Below, in pieces: positions 25,142 to 32,000 of a stretch of DNA of 32,000 bases. Source of the stretch: Moraxella nasicaprae (GTDB lineage Bacteria > Pseudomonadota > Gammaproteobacteria > Pseudomonadales > Moraxellaceae); assembly GCF_025643275.1 (NCBI RefSeq), contig NZ_CP089977.1, forward strand, positions 1,290,001 to 1,322,000. The letters run 5' to 3'. Under the pieces are notes generated by a model. That model did not search any database. It had not been told where the DNA came from and saw only the letters and a program-made list of their open reading frames with translations. The position numbers and the translations under genes were made by a program. How positions within the stretch are numbered: the stretch's first letter is position 1; each line of letters opens with the position of its first letter.

Positions 25142-26014
25142 TTATTTGAGACTGTGAGCGATGACGCTGCGACAAGGGGCGTTTTTTTGCCATTGTGCCA
25201 GTGTGTCATCATCAATCTTGTGACCAATCGGTAGAAAAACTGTACTGCCTGTACCGCTGAGGCGAGCGGTGGTGTTGCTGATGGGTTCTAGCTGTTGTAG
25301 ATAGCTTAGGGCTTGGGCGATTTTTGGCGAGATGGAGACGGCAATCGGCTCAAAAACATTGACAAAATCTTGGCTTAATCGATGGCAAAATTGGTCGGTT
25401 TTTTGATGAAGTTCGTCTATGTAAGCACAGTTTTTTTGCAGATTAGGCTGTGCAAAAAAATTTGCCGTAGCAGCGTGTTCATCGGGCAATAGCAGCAGAT
25501 AGCGATGGCTTGGCAGTTTGATGGCATCAAGTTTTTCGCCAATGCCTGTGACGATGGCGTCAGGGCAGCGATGATGAGCAAAAATAAAAAATGGCACATC
25601 AGCCCCAATGCTTGCTCCGATGTTGATGAGCGTGTCGGTGTCTAGGTGTGTTTGCCAAAGTTGGTTTAGGGCAATCAGCGTTGTGGCGGCATTGCTTGAA
25701 CCACCACCAATCCCTGCACCCGTAGGCAGACGTTTGGTCAAAGTGATGTTGGTGGCAGGTGTCTGAATGTCAGCATATTCAGCCAGTGCATTGGCAGCTT
25801 TGATAATCAGATTGTCCTTGATGTCAGCGGTTAAATGCGTTGCCCCAGTAAGACAAACCAAGCCAGCTTGATTGTCACATTCAAAATGCAGCTCATCGCC
25901 AAAATCAATGGCACGAAAGACGCTTTGCAAATCATGATAGCCGTCTGCACGCTTGCCTGTAATGTGCAAAAACAGGTTGAGTTTGGCGGGTGAAAATAAA
26001 GTTAATTGACGCAT
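25142..26014 (-). CDS. ispE: 4-diphosphocytidyl-2-C-methyl-D-erythritol kinase
   Basis: N-terminus FSPAKLNLFLHITGKRADGYHDLQSVF and GHMP-kinase motif PTGAGIGGGSSNAAT. Confidence 0.93.
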   Translation of the reverse strand: MRQLTLFSPAKLNLFLHITGKRADGYHDLQSVFRAIDFGDELHFECDNQAGLVCLTGATHLTADIKDNLIIKAANALAEYADIQTPATNITLTKRLPTGAGIGGGSSNAATTLIALNQLWQTHLDTDTLINIGASIGADVPFFIFAHHRCPDAIVTGIGEKLDAIKLPSHRYLLLLPDEHAATANFFAQPNLQKNCAYIDELHQKTDQFCHRLSQDFVNVFEPIAVSISPKIAQALSYLQQLEPISNTTARLSGTGSTVFLPIGHKIDDDTLAQWQKNAPCRSVIAHSLK

Positions 26015-26016
26015 GA

Positions 26017-26589
26017 TTATTGATGTGTGATGGTCATGACAACACGATGACCGTCTTGATGCGTGATGCGAAGACGGCTTGGTCGTTGGTGCTTATCGTA
26101 TTCAAAATTTGCCGTCCAACCTGTATTGCTGGCGGTGGTCAGTCGTCCATTGGTATCAAGAGTTTTGCTGTCATCGCTGGGTGCGTTACGACCGACAATC
26201 CAATAGGGCAATTGGGAAATGGGGGCGTACCAGCCTGTTGCTGATAATAGCAGTTCTTCTGGACTGTCCGCTTCAATCAGACCTGTGCGTTCGCTTTCTA
26301 GGGTGGCGGTTGTGCCATTGTAGCGAATTTGGGTTGCACCGATGCCCAATGCACCAGTTAGGTCAATGCTAAACCGCTCACCCTCTTGTGCCCATGCATA
26401 AAAAGCACTGCCGCCTTGTGTGCCATCAGCGGTCTTAGCAGTGATGCCAATTTTACCTGTGGTGGTAAACTTGATGGGGGCATTTGGCAGGGCGGTGGTT
26501 TGGGCGATGGGTGTATTAGGCACGCTTTGGCAGGCGGTCAAAACACCAGTCAAGGCACAGGCGGTCAGGATAAGTCGAATATTTTTCAT
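26017..26589 (-). CDS. lolB: Outer-membrane lipoprotein LolB
   Basis: 190 aa with lipobox LTAC, in the conserved position between the TPR gene and ispE. The sequence-level call is weaker than the synteny call. Confidence 0.75.
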   Translation of the reverse strand: MKNIRLILTACALTGVLTACQSVPNTPIAQTTALPNAPIKFTTTGKIGITAKTADGTQGGSAFYAWAQEGERFSIDLTGALGIGATQIRYNGTTATLESERTGLIEADSPEELLLSATGWYAPISQLPYWIVGRNAPSDDSKTLDTNGRLTTASNTGWTANFEYDKHQRPSRLRITHQDGHRVVMTITHQ

Positions 26590-26616
26590 GATGATTGTCC
26601 AGCTAAGGGCGAGAGG

Positions 26617-28425
26617 TTAATAGATTTGACTGTCGTCAAATGAGCCATCTTGATTGCCAAATCTGTTTTGTAAATCTGATAATACCTGCTCAACCATCTC
26701 TTGATTATCCAAACCTTGATAGGCTCGCAACAGGGCGATACCAACATTGAGCGTTGGCATCACATCATAAGGGGCTTGTAGATAATCAATGACGGCATCA
26801 TAATGCTGCTGGGATAGGGCATGATTAGCAAGCACCAGTAGAGCGTCTAGTTGTAACTGACTGTCATAATTTGGGTCGTCAGCCCCGATGTGACTGATGT
26901 CGATGGCGGTTTGTAGTGCTGTATCGTCATCAGGATTTTTTTCAAGGCGTAACTTGACATCGGCAAGCTGGTATTGCGGATTGAAGTCGTCCAACTCTAA
27001 CAGCTTGTCAATGGCGGCTCGCCTGTCTTCAAAACTTAGCTCATCTTCAAGCAACTGAAAACTGGCAAACAGCAAGCGGTCATCGTTTGGGTATTCACGA
27101 TTGGCGATGGTCAAAAGGTCTTTGGCGTGTTGTTTATCGCCTTGACGCAAGTACAGCTCAGCTTGCAGAATGTAGCTGTCTGTGGCGTACACTTCAAATT
27201 CATCTCTGAGTGCCACTAAGGTATTGACCGCAGCGTCAATGTTGTTTTCAAGCATATAAAAACCCATGACTTTGGTGCGTGCGTCCAATACTTGTTCATA
27301 GCTATGCACCTGCTCGTAGTGTTTGCGAGCATTGAGATTGTCGCCCAGTCGTTCGTAGCCGATGGCGGTGTAATAATGGGCTTGATTTTTAAAGTCGGGA
27401 TTTTTGGTTAAAGGGGTCAGTAGTTCAATGGCGTTGGTGTAACGACCACTATCTAGTGCCACCAGACCAGACAATAAAACCACATCAGGGCTATTTGTAT
27501 GCTTATTAGCCAGTGTTAATAATTGCCAAGCATCATTTAGTTCGCCAACAGCAAGCAAATGCCTGATTTCGTAGAGATATAGTTCTTTTTCGGTGGGTAG
27601 TTTTTGGCGAATTTGGTGTAAATATGCCCACAGCTCGTCCATGCGATTTTGTAGTTTTAAAATATCAAGTTTGAGCGTGATGAATGCCAAATTGGTCGGT
27701 TCTAGACTCAAAGCATGATTCACATGCAACAAGGCGGCGGATTGTTCGCCAATGCCCATCAATAGACCTGCTCGCAGTACAGACACAGAAGCATTGTTTT
27801 GCCCAAGTGGTATGAGGGCGTTAAAGAGTTCTTTTTGTTCGCTTTGGTCGCTGGGCATGATGCCAGTCAGAATTTGTTCCAAATTGGCGTTTGGGTCATA
27901 GTGCAAGATGGTCGAAAGCATTGCCGCAGCTTGCTTGTACTCACCTGCTTTGAGTGCCAAATGCGTCACATAAAACCATGCGGGCAAATGTTCTGGATTG
28001 TGCGTTTGCCAAGCGGTGGCAAAGGCAAGCGATTTGTCAGGGCTTTCAAATTCAAGCGATAAGCCCAATGCTCGCTCAAAGACATGGGTGGCATTTTTTT
28101 TGAAAGACTCTGCCTTATAGATGGTTAAAGCCTTGCTAATATCGCCTCTATCGGCAGCAAATTCAGCGTCCAATAAAGCATATAAGTCTGGCGAATCAAG
28201 CATTGGCTCGGTGTCATTGGCAATCAGTGTGTCGTCCAAAAAAGCCTCTGGCAAGGCAGGATTGACAACTTCGGTCAAAGGATTGCTTGGATTGTCTGAC
28301 ATCATCTCATCGGCGTGGGCGTGTGCAGACAATGCCATCAGTATGGGCAAGATGGCGATGACACGCAGACACCAAAGAGATGTTTGGTGTCTGTATGCCA
28401 GATGATAAGAGGGTAAAATCGCCAT
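26617..28425 (-). CDS. Periplasmic tetratricopeptide-repeat (TPR) protein
   Basis: Signal-like N-terminus (...VIAILPILMALSAHAHA) and many Ala/Tyr/Leu TPR-type repeats (e.g. AHYYTAIGYERLGDNLNARKHYEQV). It occupies the position of the TPR gene found upstream of lolB in pseudomonads. Confidence 0.75.
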   Translation of the reverse strand: MAILPSYHLAYRHQTSLWCLRVIAILPILMALSAHAHADEMMSDNPSNPLTEVVNPALPEAFLDDTLIANDTEPMLDSPDLYALLDAEFAADRGDISKALTIYKAESFKKNATHVFERALGLSLEFESPDKSLAFATAWQTHNPEHLPAWFYVTHLALKAGEYKQAAAMLSTILHYDPNANLEQILTGIMPSDQSEQKELFNALIPLGQNNASVSVLRAGLLMGIGEQSAALLHVNHALSLEPTNLAFITLKLDILKLQNRMDELWAYLHQIRQKLPTEKELYLYEIRHLLAVGELNDAWQLLTLANKHTNSPDVVLLSGLVALDSGRYTNAIELLTPLTKNPDFKNQAHYYTAIGYERLGDNLNARKHYEQVHSYEQVLDARTKVMGFYMLENNIDAAVNTLVALRDEFEVYATDSYILQAELYLRQGDKQHAKDLLTIANREYPNDDRLLFASFQLLEDELSFEDRRAAIDKLLELDDFNPQYQLADVKLRLEKNPDDDTALQTAIDISHIGADDPNYDSQLQLDALLVLANHALSQQHYDAVIDYLQAPYDVMPTLNVGIALLRAYQGLDNQEMVEQVLSDLQNRFGNQDGSFDDSQIY

Positions 28426-28779
28426 AAATCAATACGCCAAACCGCACAGCATGACAACGGTGATGATGTGTGGTTTTATTGGATAACCATGAGCAGTCAA
28501 ATCAAGTCAATTGCTTGGTTTGATGGATAAACATTCACAAAAGCATTGTTTGTTTTAAGGTCATATTATAAAAGTATTTTGAATAAGTGCAACCAAATCC
28601 GTGTGAATTTTGATAAAAAATGTTACCGCCCATGTTTGTCATGACGATGATTTGGCAGACTTTTTTTGATGTAATACCAACCAATGAACAAAATGAGCCA
28701 AAATTTAATCAAAAAGAGCGATTGTCATGCACTTTGATGGATTTGGGCTTGATTATGACTGTATCAATGCTGATAAAGC

Positions 28780-28788
28780 TGTTATAAT
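28780..28788 (+). promoter_or_regulatory. Candidate extended -10 promoter element (TGtTATAAT) for hemA
   Basis: TGTTATAAT ends 31 nt before the hemA ATG. Confidence 0.35.
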
Positions 28789-28819
28789 AGCCAAATTTTG
28801 TTAATTGTTGGTTTTGTGT

Positions 28820-30160
28820 ATGAAATTAGCCGTTGTCGGAGTGAATCATAAGACTGCCCCTGTTGCACTACGGGAGCGGCTGTCGTTCGGCTCGGATATG
28901 CAAACAGCCATTGAACAATTATCCACTTTATCGTCAGGCTGCACCATTGTTTCGACCTGTAATCGCAGCGAATTGTATTTTGGGGTTGATGATGAACTGA
29001 TGCCTCCAAGCGATGATGACGATGAACAACAAGCATTACCAGAATTTTTGTTAAAGGTTTGTCAGTGGCTGGCGGACTTTAAGCAGTTGCCACTTGATGA
29101 GATTTTGCCTTATCTGTATGTATATCAGGAGTCCAGAGCCTTAAACCACTGGCTAAGAGTGGCGGCAGGGCTAGATTCGATGATTTTGGGCGAGCCGCAG
29201 ATTTTGGGGCAGATTCGTCAAGCGGTGGCGGTGTCTCGTGAATATGGTGGTATCAGCAGTGAGTTTGGCTGGCTGACCCAGCAGGTGTTTGCTGCTGCTC
29301 GAACGGTTCGTCGTGATACCAAAGTGGGGGCTCAGGCGGTTACTTTGGGTTTTGCGACTGCCAAATTGACGACTCAGATTTTTGACGACCCAAGCCAATT
29401 AACCTTTTTATTGGTGGCGGCAGGGGAGATGAATCGTTTGGTGGCACATAATGTCACCGCACTTGGCATCAAAAAAATCATCATCTGTAACCGCAGTCAT
29501 GAACGAGCAACTGCATTGGCGGACGAGCTGGCACAGATGGCAACACAGGCGGGCAGGGAGCTGGATATTGAGCTGGTGCCACTTGATGAGTTGGCACAAG
29601 TCTTACCACAGGCAGATGTGGTCAGCAGTTGTAGTGGCAGTATGCACGCCTTGATTGATGTGTCAATGGTTCGAAATGCCCTAAAACAACGCCGCCATGA
29701 GCCAATGTTGCTTGTTGATTTGGCAGTGCCAAGAGATATTGAGCCAAAAGTTGGGCAGCTTGATGATGTCTATTTGTATTCGGTTGATGACTTGCAACAT
29801 GTCATTGCAGGCAACCTGCAAGAACGCCAACAGGCAGCGGTCGAGGCAGAGTTGTTGGTGGGTCAGTTGGTTGCCGATATTGAACAACAAATGCAGGTGC
29901 AAGTGGCTCGTGGGCAGATTGACGCCTATCGAAAAATGGCAGATGCACATACCCAAAGACTGCTGGCAAAGGCGATGGAGAGACTTTTGGCTGGCGAAGA
30001 TGCCAGTCAAGTGATGCAAGTTTTTGCTCACAAACTCAGTCAGACGCTCACACACAGCCCCTCAAAGCTCATTCGTCATGTCGCCATGCATGCTGATGCC
30101 AATACGCTGGATATGGTGTCGCATGAGCTGATACATGGCTATCGTGATAAGCAGGTGTGA
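28820..30160 (+). CDS. hemA: Glutamyl-tRNA reductase
   Basis: MKLAVVGVNHKTAPVALRERL, the active-site region STCNRSELY, GLDSMILGEPQILGQ, and LLVDLAVPRDIEP. Start at ATG 28820; the ORF track starts at TTG 28805. Confidence 0.95.
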   Translation: MKLAVVGVNHKTAPVALRERLSFGSDMQTAIEQLSTLSSGCTIVSTCNRSELYFGVDDELMPPSDDDDEQQALPEFLLKVCQWLADFKQLPLDEILPYLYVYQESRALNHWLRVAAGLDSMILGEPQILGQIRQAVAVSREYGGISSEFGWLTQQVFAAARTVRRDTKVGAQAVTLGFATAKLTTQIFDDPSQLTFLLVAAGEMNRLVAHNVTALGIKKIIICNRSHERATALADELAQMATQAGRELDIELVPLDELAQVLPQADVVSSCSGSMHALIDVSMVRNALKQRRHEPMLLVDLAVPRDIEPKVGQLDDVYLYSVDDLQHVIAGNLQERQQAAVEAELLVGQLVADIEQQMQVQVARGQIDAYRKMADAHTQRLLAKAMERLLAGEDASQVMQVFAHKLSQTLTHSPSKLIRHVAMHADANTLDMVSHELIHGYRDKQV

Positions 30161-30174
30161 TGCCTGCTTTTTTG
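30150..30174 (+). terminator. Rho-independent terminator overlapping the hemA stop codon
   Basis: Stem AGCAGG / CCTGCT with the TGA stop in the loop, followed by TTTTTT. Confidence 0.6.
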
Positions 30175-30378
30175 ATGCTTGATTTTTTGGGATTGGCTTG
30201 GTAAATTGAACATCATCTCGCCAAGTGTTTGTGTTGTTTTGGGCAAGGCTGTCAGGTTGATTTTTTGGTCATGATGCCACCATAGGCTTGATGGATTAGG
30301 CTGATGAGCGAGATATTTAGGCGTATTTTCTTAACTGTTTTTTATGGATACATCAGTAATAATACAAGGAGCAATTTT

Positions 30379-31523
30379 ATGCCTGCATTAAGAAATGACA
30401 TCGACCCAGATGGATTATTGGAATATTCGGTGGTCTATACCGACCGAGCATTGAATCATATGTCCAAGCAGTTTTGTGCGGTGATGACGGATTTATCCAC
30501 CGAATTAAAAGCCCTATATCAGGCTGATGCTGTCGCCATTGTGCCAGGTTCTGGCACTTCTGGCATGGAGGCGTGGTGCGTGCGTTGGCGGACAATCAAG
30601 ACTGCGTGGTGGTGCGAAATGGCTGGTTTAGCTATCGCTGGACGCAGATTTTGCAGGCGACAGGTGTTGCCAAGTCCAGTCAGGTATTTTGTGCCAGCAC
30701 CACGATGGTTGATGGCGTGCCAATGTTTGCCCCAGCAGACATCGATGAAATCACCAGCCATATTAAAACTCATAAGCCCAAAGTGGTCTTTGTCCCTCAT
30801 GTAGAGACAGCGTCTGGCATGATGGTGAGCGATGAATATATCAGGCAGCTTGGCGAGGCTGTACATCAAGTTGGGGGTTTGTTGGTGGTGGATTGTATCG
30901 CCTCAGGGTGTATGTGGCTTGACATGAAGCAGCTTGGTATCGATGTACTATTGTCCGCACCACAAAAAGGTCTATCTAGCACGCCTTGTGCAGGCTTGGT
31001 GATGTTGTCTAAGACTGCCAAAGAAGCGGTATTGGCAAGTCATTCATCAAGTTTTGCCCTAGATTTAAAAGCATGGCTAAACATCATGCTGGCTTATGAA
31101 AATGGCGGTCATGCCTATCATGCAACCATGCCAACCGATGGGCTAAAACAGCTCAGAGATGCGTTATTTGAAGCAAAAAATATTGGCTATGATGCCCTAA
31201 AAATCGCCCAAAAACAGCTTGGCGAGAGGATTTTGGCAGTGCTGGCACAATATGGCATCAAAAGCGTGGCAATGCCTGATGTCCAAGCCTATGGCGTGGT
31301 GGTGTGTCATGCACCAACCCAAGACATTCAAAAAGGCACACCATTTGCCCAAGCAGGCGTGCAGATTGCTGCTGGCGTGCCACTACAAGTGGGCGAGCCT
31401 GAGAGTTATCAAAGTTTTCGCATTGGGCTGTTTGGGCTGGACAAGCTGACTGATGTGGCAGGTACGATTGAGCGATTTGCCAATGTCGCCAAGCAGGTTT
31501 TCGCCAATAATCTGATGAAATAA
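30379..31523 (+). pseudogene. Class-V (AGXT/serine-pyruvate type) PLP aminotransferase interrupted by a 1-nt frameshift near 30573
   Basis: AAGGAG precedes the ATG at 30379. Frame 1 reads ...IVPGSGTSGMEA and then degenerates. Frame 3 continues VVRALADNQDCVVVRNGWFSYRW ... SAPQKGLSS (PLP lysine) through to the stop at 31521-31523. The total length of 1145 nt is 1 nt short of a 382-codon frame. Confidence 0.75.
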
Positions 31524-31533
31524 AGGAGCGGTT

Positions 31534-32000
31534 ATGTCATTGAACGAACAAGCATATCAAGAAAATCTGGCAGTGGTGTCAGGGTTTGAGCCATCGTTAT
31601 TATGGCGATGGTTTGCCCGCATTGGAGCGATTGCTCACCCAAGCTATCATGAAGAGGCATTGGCAAACGACATCGTTGATTGGGCAAAAAGTCAGGGCTT
31701 GCCTGTACGCCGTGATGCGGTGGGTAATGTTATCATTAACAAAGCTGCCACCAACGGTATGCAGGATATGCCAACGATTGCTTTACAAGCTCATCTGGAT
31801 ATGGTACCACAAGCCAATGCCGATACAGTGCATGATTTTACCAAAGACCCCATTCGTTTTCGTCTCAATCCTGACAATCCACAGTGGCTGATGGCAACTG
31901 GCACGACTTTGGGTGCAGATAATGGCATTGGCTTGGCAAGCTGTTTGGCGGTGCTAGAAAGCAAAGAGATTGCTCACCCAGCCCTTGAAGTGCTTTTGAC
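31534..32000 (+). CDS. pepD: Xaa-His dipeptidase / cytosol nonspecific dipeptidase PepD (3' end cut by window edge)
   Basis: Hand translation gives MSLNEQAYQENLAVVSGFEPSLLWRWFARIGAIAHPSYHEEALANDIVDWAKSQGLPVRRDAVGNVII...LQAHLDMVPQANADTVHDFTKDPI...GTTLGADNGIGLAS. This closely parallels E. coli PepD. AAGGAG lies 5 nt upstream. It is absent from the ORF track because no stop falls in the window. Confidence 0.9.
   Translation, partial: MSLNEQAYQENLAVVSGFEPSLLWRWFARIGAIAHPSYHEEALANDIVDWAKSQGLPVRRDAVGNVIINKAATNGMQDMPTIALQAHLDMVPQANADTVHDFTKDPIRFRLNPDNPQWLMATGTTLGADNGIGLASCLAVLESKEIAHPALEVLL

Noticed and set aside
28620-28787. A 55-aa ORF (MLPPMFVMTMIWQTFF...MLIKLL) lies in the TPR/hemA divergent intergenic region.
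   Set aside because: No Shine-Dalgarno sequence precedes the ATG. It overlaps the candidate hemA -10 element, and the region is AT-rich promoter DNA, so there is no support beyond being open.
30560-30590. Programmed -1 ribosomal frameshifting as the explanation for the split aminotransferase.
   Set aside because: There is no slippery heptamer at the shift site and no evident downstream hairpin or pseudoknot. This enzyme family is not known to use recoding, so an indel is the simpler explanation.

Overview
This 32-kb chromosomal window comes from an AT-leaning gammaproteobacterium. Gene order and composition suggest Pseudomonadales/Moraxellaceae, but that is inference only. Most of it is housekeeping: ftsK (3' part), topA, cmoA/cmoB, msrA, a lytic murein transglycosylase, a SPOR protein, rpsU, cytochrome c5, a CaCA antiporter, pth, rplY, putP, prs, two identical tandem tRNA-Gln(UUG), ispE, lolB, a TPR protein, hemA and pepD (5' part). 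I found no transposase, integrase, CRISPR array, rRNA, prophage genes or long repeats. I cannot point to a clear-cut new multi-gene system. The best candidates for a second look are: (1) the cmoA-cmoB tRNA-modification operon is split by a low-GC metallophosphoesterase and a YqhA/UPF0114 membrane protein, all translationally coupled; (2) a near-perfect Fur-box palindrome and a second perfect palindrome lie in the rplY/putP divergent control region; (3) a ~7.5-kb four-gene block (putP, Tat-lipoprotein M3 peptidase, secreted purple-acid-phosphatase-like esterase, porin) interrupts the conserved prs-rplY-pth order; (4) a class-V aminotransferase is broken by a 1-nt frameshift; (5) rpsU is monocistronic with a long structured leader. 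All functional calls rest on motif recognition by eye; no database search was run.
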